Shown: piece by piece, positions 1 to 8,675 of the stretch
Position numbering within the stretch: the stretch's first letter is position 1
How the letters are laid out: each line of letters begins with the position of its first letter
Source: an uncultured virus (IMG/VR IMGVR_UViG_3300030117_006168)
Lineage: Duplodnaviria > Heunggongvirae > Uroviricota > Caudoviricetes
IMG/VR virus record: IMGVR_UViG_3300030117_006168
Length of the DNA: 20,000 nt
Strand: one strand, 5' to 3'
Position numbers and translations under genes: made by a program
The notes under the pieces: generated by a model
The model's input: only the letters and a program-made list of their open reading frames with translations
The model's database searches: none
Told to the model about the DNA's origin: nothing

Positions 1-1
1 A

Positions 2-922
2 CATTGTCATCGCCAGTATTCAGGTAAAGAAAAACATACAAATAGTTTTTTAACAATATCAACATGGCAATCTGTTTATAAAAATGATAAAGAATATTTT
101 AAACAATTTGATTTTGTGATCGGTGATGAAGCACATCAGTTTAAAGCTAAATCACTTACAACAATATTATCAAATTGTATTAACTCTAAATACAGGATAG
201 GAACAACAGGCACCTTAGATGGTACTCAAACACATAGATTGGTTTTAGAAGGACTCTTTGGCCCTGTTTATAAAGCTACAACAACATCAGAACTTATAGA
301 GAAAGGACAACTTGCTGATTTTAGAATAAAATGTTTAATTCTAAAATATGACGAATCAATAAGACAACAGGCAAGAAAATGGGACTACAATTCAGAAATA
401 GATTATATTGTTAAAAGTGAGGCAAGAAATAATTTTATTCGTAATCTAGCTTTATCTTTGAAAGGTAATACATTAATTTTATATCAGTATGTAGAGAAAC
501 ATGGTAAAAACTTGTATGACCATATTCAAAGTAAAGTGGGTAAAAGAAAAACATTTTTTGTCTTTGGTGGGACAGATACGGAAATTAGGGAATCTGTTCG
601 ATCAATTCTTGAAAATGAAAAAGATGCAATAGTTGTGGCTAGTTATGGTACTTTCAGCACAGGTATTAATATTCGTAATCTACACAATATAATATTTGCA
701 AGCCCATCAAAATCTAGAATAAGAAATTTACAATCAATAGGAAGAGGACTTCGTAAGAGTGAAACAAAAGAAAAAGCCACCTTATTTGATATAGCAGATG
801 ATTTTCGTATAGGCAAATTTGCCAATTATACGTTGAAACATTTTATAGAAAGGTGTAAAATATATGATGAAGAAAAATTCGCCTACAAATTTTATAACAT
901 AGAGTTGAAAAATGGAAAATAA
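2..922 (+). CDS. uvsW: UvsW-like SF2 DNA helicase (5'-truncated by window edge)
   Basis: Frame is open from base 2 (..ISTWQS..VIGDEAH). Contains the DEAH motif, GTTGT (motif III), STGINI and LQSIGRGLR (motif VI). T4-like synteny upstream of gp55. Confidence 0.95.
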   Translation, partial: HCHRQYSGKEKHTNSFLTISTWQSVYKNDKEYFKQFDFVIGDEAHQFKAKSLTTILSNCINSKYRIGTTGTLDGTQTHRLVLEGLFGPVYKATTTSELIEKGQLADFRIKCLILKYDESIRQQARKWDYNSEIDYIVKSEARNNFIRNLALSLKGNTLILYQYVEKHGKNLYDHIQSKVGKRKTFFVFGGTDTEIRESVRSILENEKDAIVVASYGTFSTGINIRNLHNIIFASPSKSRIRNLQSIGRGLRKSETKEKATLFDIADDFRIGKFANYTLKHFIERCKIYDEEKFAYKFYNIELKNGK

Positions 923-1364
923 AGAAATCAAAATCGTAAGATTAAAGTCTGGAGAAGATGTAATAGCCACTTTCACAGAAAATAAAAAAGAAAAAAAAGT
1001 GACACTAGAAAGTCCAATGCACATAATCTTCAAAAGATCACCCACATTAGAATCAAATAGGCCAATGATGTATATGTATCCTTGGGTGCCAGTTGAAATG
1101 GTAGAAAAAGATATAGCATTTATAGATTCTGTAAATGTTTTAACTACATTTCAACCAAAAGGTGAGATGATAGAATATTATGAAAACGTAATCATTGATG
1201 CAAAAGAAAGAGCTAAAAAACTAGGTAATCAAAAAGTGTTTGAAGAGGAAATAGAATATGAAGATTATGATGATGATGTTGATCCTGCCAAACCCTTTTT
1301 AGACGAAATAGAAGAAATCAAAAAGGCTTTAAAAGAAAGAAGAACAAAAAAATTGGTGCATTAA
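912..1364 (+). CDS. Conserved T4-like phage protein, probable Sm-like fold with acidic/basic C-terminal tail
   Basis: IVRLKSGEDVIA...LESPMHI...YPWVP pattern is typical of the small gene following uvsW in environmental T4-like phages. Overlaps the uvsW stop. Confidence 0.7.
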   Translation: MENKEIKIVRLKSGEDVIATFTENKKEKKVTLESPMHIIFKRSPTLESNRPMMYMYPWVPVEMVEKDIAFIDSVNVLTTFQPKGEMIEYYENVIIDAKERAKKLGNQKVFEEEIEYEDYDDDVDPAKPFLDEIEEIKKALKERRTKKLVH

Positions 1365-2038
1365 TGGATATGGATTATAAAGATGTAATTGTGAAAAAAC
1401 CTTGGGGTCAAGAATACCTTTGTTATAATAATAATGAGATTGCCATTTGGCTTTTACATATAAAAAAAGGAGAAAAAACTTCTTTACATTGTCACCCAAA
1501 TAAAAATACTGGTTTTGTTGTTCTTGATGGTCAAACAAAATTATCATTTATAAGAGGTGGTGTTGACATATATGGATTGAATAAAATTAATATATTTCGT
1601 TCAAGATTCCACTCTACATATGCTGTAACAGATTCTTTTATTTTTGAAATTGAAACGCCTGAAGATAAAGAAGATTTAATAAGATTAGAAGATTCTTATG
1701 GTAGAGAAGATAAACCATATGAAAGTTCAAGTCACCATCTACCTAAAAATGATGCTTGTATATGGATAGATGAAGCATCTATTAGTCCTAGTGAATTAGA
1801 GTTATGTGGTTGTAAAATAAGTCACTTACAAATTATAGATAAAAAACAGTTACTAAATAAAAAAGAAGAGGAAGTATTTGTTATAACAAATGGTGGTTTA
1901 GTTGTAGATGATAAAGGAAAAAGACAAAAAATATTATGGCCAGGTGATACCATTGATGGTCAAACATTAGATAGACTAACGAGAGCTTTTAAATTGGATT
2001 ATTACACAACTGTATTACATATAACAAAAAATGTTTGA
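1364..2038 (+). CDS. Cupin protein resembling the type II mannose-6-phosphate isomerase C-terminal domain, with C-terminal extension
   Basis: KPWG..., TSLHCHPNK, FHS and EIETP..EDLIRLEDSYGR parallel the ManC/PMI cupin pattern RPWG..SLQxH..EDDIVRxEDxYGR. Confidence 0.75.
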   Translation: MDMDYKDVIVKKPWGQEYLCYNNNEIAIWLLHIKKGEKTSLHCHPNKNTGFVVLDGQTKLSFIRGGVDIYGLNKINIFRSRFHSTYAVTDSFIFEIETPEDKEDLIRLEDSYGREDKPYESSSHHLPKNDACIWIDEASISPSELELCGCKISHLQIIDKKQLLNKKEEEVFVITNGGLVVDDKGKRQKILWPGDTIDGQTLDRLTRAFKLDYYTTVLHITKNV

Positions 2039-2489
2039 ATATAATTGCAAAATCGTAAGAGTAGTAGATGGCGACACAGTAGATGTCGATATTGACTTGG
2101 GTTTCGGTCTTTGGATTCACAAAGAACGAATACGTCTGTATGGTATAGATACACCAGAGTCCAGAACTAGAGATTTAGTAGAAAAGAAATATGGACTTTT
2201 TGCAAAAAAGTTTGTTGAAAAATATATGCCCGTAGATAGCATACAGATATTAAGAACACAAAAAGATAGGTCTGGTAAATTTGGCCGTGTTTTAGGTGAA
2301 TTTGTATTAGAACAACCAATTTCTGATTTATTAGGGCTTAAAAAAATAGACACTCTGAATAAATTAATGATTAATCATCATGTAGCTGTTGAATATCATG
2401 GTCAATCAAAAGAATTAATAGAAGAAGAACATATAAAAAATAGGGAATTAGTACACAAAATATGGGGAATGATTGAAGAGGAAAAATGA
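2031..2489 (+). CDS. Thermonuclease (SNase-like) family nuclease
   Basis: VRVVDGDTVDVDIDLGF, RIRLYGIDTPESRT and GKFGRVLG motifs. No signal peptide. Confidence 0.9.
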   Translation: MFEYNCKIVRVVDGDTVDVDIDLGFGLWIHKERIRLYGIDTPESRTRDLVEKKYGLFAKKFVEKYMPVDSIQILRTQKDRSGKFGRVLGEFVLEQPISDLLGLKKIDTLNKLMINHHVAVEYHGQSKELIEEEHIKNRELVHKIWGMIEEEK

Positions 2490-2534
2490 TACACTTATTT
2501 GATTTAAATAAAACATTATGGAATTGGAAATTAT

Positions 2535-4046
2535 ATGCAACCTGATATTTTATTTGTACACCCAAACGCATCTGAAAAAATTTATCAAGGATTATCATCT
2601 AAAAACTCTGCCATAGAACCACCTATTTGGGCCGCTATGTTGGCAAAAAGTGTTTTGTCACTAGGTTATAGAGCTGAGTTACTTGATGCTGAAGTAGAAG
2701 GTTTAGACTACACAGAAACAGCAAAAAGAATTTTTTCCTATAAACCAAGAATAGTTTGTTTTGTTGTTTACGGTCAGCAACCTAGTGCATCATCTCAAAA
2801 CATGGAAGGTGCTACAGAGGTAGCCAGATTATTTAAACTTTTTGAACCTGAAGGCTTTGTACTATTTGTCGGTGGCCACGTTTCAGCTTTACCAAGTGAA
2901 ACTTTACAAAAACACACTTTCATAGATGCAGTTTGTCAAAATGAAGGTGTTTACACTATACATAATTTATTAAAAACAAATTTATCAACAGATCATTTAA
3001 AAGACGTTGATGGTTTATGTTATAGATTAGATAATATAATTTTAACTAATAAACCATCACCAATTGTACCTAAAAGTGATTTAGAAACTGTGTTACCTGG
3101 AATGGCATGGGAGTTATTACCATCTTTAAAAAAATATAGAACAGCTGGTTGGCACTCTTGGTCGAATAACACAGAGAAACAACCTTTTGCAGCTTTATAT
3201 ACAAGTCTTGGTTGTCCTTATAGGTGTTCATTTTGTATGATAAACATCATTAATAGAACAAAACCTGGATTTAATATAACAAGTGAAGATAGTAATATAT
3301 TTCGTTGGTGGTCTCCAGAATTTATTATAAAACAATTTGATTACATTGCAGAACAAGGTGTAAAAAACGTAAAAATAGCTGATGAGTTATTTGTTTTAAA
3401 CCCTAATCACTTTATGAAAATATGTGATTTAATTATTGAAAGAGGGTATGATTTTAATATTTGGGCTTATTCAAGAGTCGATACTTGTAAACCAAAATAC
3501 TTAGAAAAATTAAAACAGGCAGGTGTTAATTGGTTAGGTCTTGGTATAGAAAATCCTAATAATGTGTTAAGAAAAGAAATACATAAAGGTGGTTTTAAAG
3601 ATGTAAAAGTTTTAGATTTAATTAATACAATTCGTGAGGCTGGTATAAATGTGGGCGGTAATTATATATTTGGATTACCTTATGATACACATGAAACAAT
3701 GCAAGATACTTTAGATTTTGCTTTAGATAATCCAACAGAGATGGCTAATTTTTATTCTGCTATGGCCTATCCAGGAAGTCCACTATATAAAGAGGCGGTA
3801 AAAAATAAAATTGATCTACCAGAAACATACTCAGGTTATAGTCAACATTCTTATGAAACACATAACTTAGCAAATGATCATTTGAAGGCATCTGAAATTT
3901 TAGAGTTTAGAGATTATTCTTGGGATACTTATCATTCACATCCAGGATATTTAAGTCTGATGCGATATAAGTTTGGTCAAAAAGCTGTAGATGAATTAAA
4001 TAGCACAAAGAAAGTTAAATTGAAACGTAAATTATTAGGAGACTAA
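2535..4046 (+). CDS. Cobalamin-binding radical SAM enzyme (class B methyltransferase-like)
   Basis: N-terminal Rossmann-like B12-binding region (EPP.., FVGGHVSALP, EG) followed by TSLGCPYRCSFC (CxxxCxxC), IADELF, LGIEN, YIFGLP and YPGSPLY. Confidence 0.9.
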   Translation: MQPDILFVHPNASEKIYQGLSSKNSAIEPPIWAAMLAKSVLSLGYRAELLDAEVEGLDYTETAKRIFSYKPRIVCFVVYGQQPSASSQNMEGATEVARLFKLFEPEGFVLFVGGHVSALPSETLQKHTFIDAVCQNEGVYTIHNLLKTNLSTDHLKDVDGLCYRLDNIILTNKPSPIVPKSDLETVLPGMAWELLPSLKKYRTAGWHSWSNNTEKQPFAALYTSLGCPYRCSFCMINIINRTKPGFNITSEDSNIFRWWSPEFIIKQFDYIAEQGVKNVKIADELFVLNPNHFMKICDLIIERGYDFNIWAYSRVDTCKPKYLEKLKQAGVNWLGLGIENPNNVLRKEIHKGGFKDVKVLDLINTIREAGINVGGNYIFGLPYDTHETMQDTLDFALDNPTEMANFYSAMAYPGSPLYKEAVKNKIDLPETYSGYSQHSYETHNLANDHLKASEILEFRDYSWDTYHSHPGYLSLMRYKFGQKAVDELNSTKKVKLKRKLLGD

Positions 4047-4047
4047 T

Positions 4048-4581
4048 ATGATGAAGCCAAAGGCATTAATTATAACATGGGAAAGCTTTCAAGATCAAGA
4101 AGTTGTTTATCCTTATTATAGATTAAAAGAAGAAACAGATGATGTAAAGATCATATCTAATGTAAAAGGTAGATTTCATGGTATTATGGGTGTAAATATG
4201 TTCTCTCATGATACACTAGATAATTTACCAATTTATTCAGATTATGACTTTTTAGTTTTACCTGGAGGTGTTAAGTCGTTAGAAAAACTAAGACAAGAAG
4301 AAAATGTTTTAGAGTTTATTCGTCAATGGGATGTAGATGGTAAATTGATAGCTTCAACTTGTCATGGTGCTCAGTTAATGATATCCGCTGAAATTACAGA
4401 GGGTAGAGAAATAAGTGGTTATTATAGTATTAGAGATGATATAAACAATTCTGGTGCAATATACGTTGATGCACCTGCCGTTATTGATGATAATATTGTA
4501 TCTTCACCACACTATGATTATATGGGTGATTGGATGAAAGCTGCAATTACATTATATTATGCAAATTCTGAGAGAGGGTAA
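4048..4581 (+). CDS. DJ-1/PfpI family protein (class I glutamine amidotransferase-like fold)
   Basis: FQDQEVVYP, YDFLVLPGG, nucleophile elbow STCHGAQ, and VIDDNIVSS. Confidence 0.9.
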   Translation: MMKPKALIITWESFQDQEVVYPYYRLKEETDDVKIISNVKGRFHGIMGVNMFSHDTLDNLPIYSDYDFLVLPGGVKSLEKLRQEENVLEFIRQWDVDGKLIASTCHGAQLMISAEITEGREISGYYSIRDDINNSGAIYVDAPAVIDDNIVSSPHYDYMGDWMKAAITLYYANSERG

Positions 4582-4587
4582 ATTATA

Positions 4588-5562
4588 ATGATAATAACTA
4601 AAACACCTTATAGACTTTCTTTGTTTGGTGGTGGCACAGATTACTCTGATTGGTACGCTTATAATAAATCAAAGATTATATCAGCTGCAATAGATCATCA
4701 TTGTTTTTTAAGTGTGAAAGACTTACCACCTTATTTTAGTTATAAGTATAGAATATCTTATTCAAGATTAGAAGCTGTAAATTCAATTGATGACATAGAT
4801 CACCCATCTGTAAGAAATTGTTTAAAACATTTAGATATAGAACAAAGTTTGACAATTACACATGATGGTGAAATGCCGGCAAAATCTGGTGTAGGCTCTA
4901 GTTCTGCTTTTACTGTTGGTTTATTAAATGCTTTATTTCATAAAAAAGGTTTTGATCTTACACCAAGAGATTTAGCTGAAAAAGCAATTTTTGTAGAACA
5001 AGTATTAAATCATGAAAGTGTTGGTATTCAAGATCAAATTACAGCTGCATATGGTGGTATAAATTTAATTACAGCAGGTTTAGGTAATGATTGGGAAGTA
5101 GAGCCAGTCAAAATATCAGATGAATATCTAAAAGAAATGGAAGATCATATACTTTTAGGTTTTTCTGGTAAGAGTAGAATTGCAGAAGTACAGGCAAGAA
5201 AACAAGTAGAAAGAATTGGTAAAAATAAAAATTATTTAAATGAAATATCAGATGTAGCAAATGTGGGTATACGATATATTATAAATGAAGAAGAAATAGA
5301 AAAAGTGGCTAGTATGTTAAAAGCCACATGGAATTTTAAAAAACATTTAACAGATGATTTGACGAATAAAAAATTAGATTATATATTTGACCTATCAGAA
5401 GAGAATGGGTCATTAGGTGGAAAATTAATGGGTGCTGGAGGTGGTGGTTTTTTTGTATTTGTTGTGCCGCCAGAAAAACAAGAAAAATTTAAACAAGCAC
5501 TCAGATGTATAAAAGTTTGGGTGCCTTTCAAGCTTAGTAAAGGAGGAAGTCAAGTCATATGA
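4588..5562 (+). CDS. GHMP kinase, HddA-like (D-glycero-D-manno-heptose-7-phosphate kinase family)
   Basis: TPYRLSLFGGGTD, PAKSGVGSSSAF, GIQDQ..AAYGG and GGKLMGAGGGGF. Confidence 0.9.
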   Translation: MIITKTPYRLSLFGGGTDYSDWYAYNKSKIISAAIDHHCFLSVKDLPPYFSYKYRISYSRLEAVNSIDDIDHPSVRNCLKHLDIEQSLTITHDGEMPAKSGVGSSSAFTVGLLNALFHKKGFDLTPRDLAEKAIFVEQVLNHESVGIQDQITAAYGGINLITAGLGNDWEVEPVKISDEYLKEMEDHILLGFSGKSRIAEVQARKQVERIGKNKNYLNEISDVANVGIRYIINEEEIEKVASMLKATWNFKKHLTDDLTNKKLDYIFDLSEENGSLGGKLMGAGGGGFFVFVVPPEKQEKFKQALRCIKVWVPFKLSKGGSQVI

Positions 5563-5741
5563 CCGCTCAAGAACTGTACAGAGATGTTTTATTACAAGAG
5601 GCTAAAAGAATTAGAGAATTTATTAGTAAAAATAAATTAGAATTAGGCACCAATAAATTAATAATCACGGCAAATGTTCTAGAAGAAAGAGCTGAACAGC
5701 TTTTAAATGAGATTACTTCAAACGGAACACCGCTATCATAA
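5559..5741 (+). CDS. Small hypothetical protein (60 aa)
   Basis: ATGA overlap with the kinase stop and an upstream AGGAGG. Helical composition. Confidence 0.6.
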   Translation: MTAQELYRDVLLQEAKRIREFISKNKLELGTNKLIITANVLEERAEQLLNEITSNGTPLS

Positions 5742-5763
5742 CAGTTTGTCAACCCTTTGTCAA
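5735..5763 (-). promoter_or_regulatory. Antisense sigma70-type promoter
   Basis: Minus strand reads TTGACA (5763-5758), 17 nt, then TATGAT (5740-5735), with the TGn extended -10. Confidence 0.7.
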
Positions 5764-5771
5764 GGAATATA

Positions 5772-6371
5772 ATGCACAATTACCAAGAAAATTTTGAAAA
5801 AAAAGGATATGTTTTTGTAAAAGATTTTATACCTAAAGATGTTGCAAAATATTTATTTGAGTATTTAAAATATTCAAGTCATGCTTTGGTTTTGTCAAGA
5901 CAGGCAGTTGGTGGAGATGAACAAGTTCCAGATTCTTTTGCACCAAGACATGGTGATATGGCCTTTCAGGCATTAATGAAACAAATGCGACCTACAATGG
6001 AGATTATTACCGGGTTGGACTTGTGTCCTACTTACACTTATGTTAGACTATATCGTGAAGGTAATATTTTAAAGAAACATAAAGATAGACCTTCATGTGA
6101 AGTATCAGTAACAGTAAAATTATCGGATACAAAAAAAGGTGATTACAATTGGCCCATTTATATGGATGGTACTGAATGTATTTTAGAAGATGGTGATGCA
6201 GTAATTTATCGAGGATGTGATTATGAGCATTGGCGTGAACCCTGTGAAGGTGGTAAAAATTATCGTTTAGGTCAAGCTTTCTTACACTACATTGATAAAA
6301 GTGGCCCTTATTATCCTCAATATGCTTATGATCAAAAACCATATGCCAAATTATTTGAAAGTGAATTATGA
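5772..6371 (+). CDS. 2OG-Fe(II) oxygenase superfamily protein
   Basis: PTYTYVRLY..G..LKKHKDRPSCEVS (HxD), GDAVIYRG..EHWRE and QAFLHY. ATG at 5772 with AAGGA RBS at 5762-5766. Confidence 0.85.
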   Translation: MHNYQENFEKKGYVFVKDFIPKDVAKYLFEYLKYSSHALVLSRQAVGGDEQVPDSFAPRHGDMAFQALMKQMRPTMEIITGLDLCPTYTYVRLYREGNILKKHKDRPSCEVSVTVKLSDTKKGDYNWPIYMDGTECILEDGDAVIYRGCDYEHWREPCEGGKNYRLGQAFLHYIDKSGPYYPQYAYDQKPYAKLFESEL

Positions 6372-6886
6372 GTAAAGAATCAAAACATTACGTTAAAAAT
6401 GCAGACTTTTTAGAAGCTTTAATAAAATATAAAGAAGCTTGTGAGATTGCTAAAGAAGAAAACAAAGAAGAACCTCCTATACCAAATTATATTGGTGAAT
6501 GTTTTTTTAAGATAGCTGAACATCTATCAAGAAAACCTAACTTCATATCATATTCATTTCGTGATGAAATGATTTCAGATGGTATAGAAAATTGCCTAAT
6601 GTATTTTCGTAATTTTAATCCAGAGAAAAGTAAAAACCCATTTGCATATTTTACTCAAATAATTTATTATGCCTTTTTAAGAAGAATTACGAAAGAGAAA
6701 AAACAATTATATGTAAAATACAAGGCAACAGAACAAATGGGTATAATAGAAGAACATGAAGTATTGCCTGATGGAAGCTTGAAACCTTTTGAACTCTATG
6801 ATAATATAGCAGAGTTTATTCAAAACTTTGAAGAAAGCAAAAAGAAAAAGCAAGAAAAGAAAAAAGGCCTTGAAAAATTTTTATGA
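6368..6886 (+). CDS. gp55: T4-like late transcription sigma factor gp55
   Basis: HYVKNADFL, YIGECFFKIAEHLS.KPNF..Y..RDEMISDGIENC and NPFAYFTQIIYYAFLRRI.KEKKQ. Confidence 0.96.
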   Translation: MSKESKHYVKNADFLEALIKYKEACEIAKEENKEEPPIPNYIGECFFKIAEHLSRKPNFISYSFRDEMISDGIENCLMYFRNFNPEKSKNPFAYFTQIIYYAFLRRITKEKKQLYVKYKATEQMGIIEEHEVLPDGSLKPFELYDNIAEFIQNFEESKKKKQEKKKGLEKFL

Positions 6887-7959
6887 AGCTTTGTATATTA
6901 GGTGATACCCATTTTGGTGCGAGAGGTGACTCGGTAGATTTTCATAACTTTTTTGAAAAGTTTTATGAAAACACTTTCTTTCCATATCTAATAGAAAATA
7001 ATATTGATACAGTATTTCAGCTAGGCGATCTTTTTGATCGTAGAAAATATATTAATTTTAATTCACTATATCTGTGTCGTAAATATTTTTTTGATAAACT
7101 AAGAGATAATAATATAAAGATGTACACTCTTTTAGGTAATCATGATATATCATATAAAAATACTTTAAAGGTAAATTCATCAGAGCTTCTTCTAAAAGAG
7201 TATAAAAATATAACTGTATATAATGATTATGCTCAGGTAGAATTTGATGGTATGAAAGTTGATGTTATACCTTGGATTTGTAAAGAGAATGAAAAACAAA
7301 TATTTGAGTCTATGAAAACAAGCTCTTCAGATATATGTTTTGGTCATTTTGATATAGATGGTTTTGAAATGTATAGAGGTAATAAATGTTTGGGTGGTTT
7401 AAATAGAAATAAATTTGACAAGTATGATATGGTTTTAACAGGGCATTTTCATCATAGATCAAATGATGGCCAGATTTTTTATGTTGGCACACCTTGTGAA
7501 ATGATGTGGTCAGATTATAATGATACAAAAGGTTTTCATATACTAGATACTGAAACGAGAGAAATGGAATTTATTGCCAACCCATATCAAATGTTTCATA
7601 GAATAAGATATGATGATTCTCAAACAAACTTTGATCATTGGAAAAAATTTAACTATAACAAAACAAAAGATTCTTATGTAAAGGTTGTTGTTTTAAATAA
7701 ACAAAATCCATTTCTTTTTGATACAGTTATAGATAATTTTTATAAAGCTGAGGTTGCTGATATACAAATTGTTGAGGATTTTAGTGATATGAATTTTGGA
7801 GTTGATAAAGATATTATAAATCAGGCAGAAGATACTATAACAATTTTGTCAAAATATATTGATGATAATTCTAATGGTCTGGTTGAGGATCCAAATAAAT
7901 TAAAAAATTTAATGAAAGAGCTTTACGTTGATGCTATGAATGAGGAGCGTACAGAATGA
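6883..7959 (+). CDS. gp47: Recombination endonuclease subunit gp47 (Mre11/SbcD-like)
   Basis: Metallophosphoesterase motifs GDTHFG, LGDLFD, GNHD, FGH and GHFH. Follows gp55. Confidence 0.95.
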   Translation: MKLCILGDTHFGARGDSVDFHNFFEKFYENTFFPYLIENNIDTVFQLGDLFDRRKYINFNSLYLCRKYFFDKLRDNNIKMYTLLGNHDISYKNTLKVNSSELLLKEYKNITVYNDYAQVEFDGMKVDVIPWICKENEKQIFESMKTSSSDICFGHFDIDGFEMYRGNKCLGGLNRNKFDKYDMVLTGHFHHRSNDGQIFYVGTPCEMMWSDYNDTKGFHILDTETREMEFIANPYQMFHRIRYDDSQTNFDHWKKFNYNKTKDSYVKVVVLNKQNPFLFDTVIDNFYKAEVADIQIVEDFSDMNFGVDKDIINQAEDTITILSKYIDDNSNGLVEDPNKLKNLMKELYVDAMNEERTE

Positions 7960-8675
7960 GTCATAGTTATAAAAGTTTATATAACTTTCCAACCGAAAGA
8001 TTAAGAAAATTTTATACTTATTGTTATTGGTCTGGAGGTTTTAATAAAGATGAAATGAAAAAGCTTCTTGCTCAGATGAATGAGTATAAACTTGAAAGAG
8101 GTAATACCATTCAATTAAATTCAAAAAATAAAGCAAATACAACAAATACAACTGCAAAATATATAAGTGATGGTAATACAGTTATACAAAAAACACCAAC
8201 AGCTAGTCAAAGTCCAAACGAGGGTGTAAGAAAATCTGATGTTGCGTTTATATATAGAGATGAAAAAACAGCTTGGATTTTTGAAAGATTAAATTTTATA
8301 ATAGAATCTTTAAATACCCAGTTTTATAATTTTGATGTAAATGGTTATGAGATGATGCAATATACTGTTTATCACGATTATGAAAAAGGTAAATATGATT
8401 TTCATCAAGATACAATTATGGGTCATGCTTTACCTGATGATATGTATGAAACTAGAAAATTATCGGTTACATTTTTATTGAGTGAACCTGGTGTAGACTT
8501 TGAAGGTGGTGAGTTTCAAATTAATACTGGTGAAGAAAGAAACTCTGAATCAATAGTAATGAAAAAAGGTGATGTAATTGTGTTTCCATCATTTTTAATA
8601 CATAGAGTGAAACCAGTTACAAAAGGTACTAGAAAATCAATCGTTGTTTGGGTCGTAGGGCCAAAATTCAGATGA
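7956..8675 (+). CDS. 2OG-Fe(II) oxygenase (prolyl-4-hydroxylase/PKHD-like)
   Basis: RKSDV, QYTVY, YDFHQD (HxD), RKLS, FEGGEF and FPSFLIHRVKPVTKGTRKSIVVW. ATGA overlaps at both ends. Confidence 0.9.
   Translation: MSHSYKSLYNFPTERLRKFYTYCYWSGGFNKDEMKKLLAQMNEYKLERGNTIQLNSKNKANTTNTTAKYISDGNTVIQKTPTASQSPNEGVRKSDVAFIYRDEKTAWIFERLNFIIESLNTQFYNFDVNGYEMMQYTVYHDYEKGKYDFHQDTIMGHALPDDMYETRKLSVTFLLSEPGVDFEGGEFQINTGEERNSESIVMKKGDVIVFPSFLIHRVKPVTKGTRKSIVVWVVGPKFR

Noticed and set aside
2494..2511. TTATTT-GATTT-AAATAA hairpin or late promoter before the radical SAM gene
   Set aside because: All-AT stem and an imperfect motif, expected by chance at this base composition.
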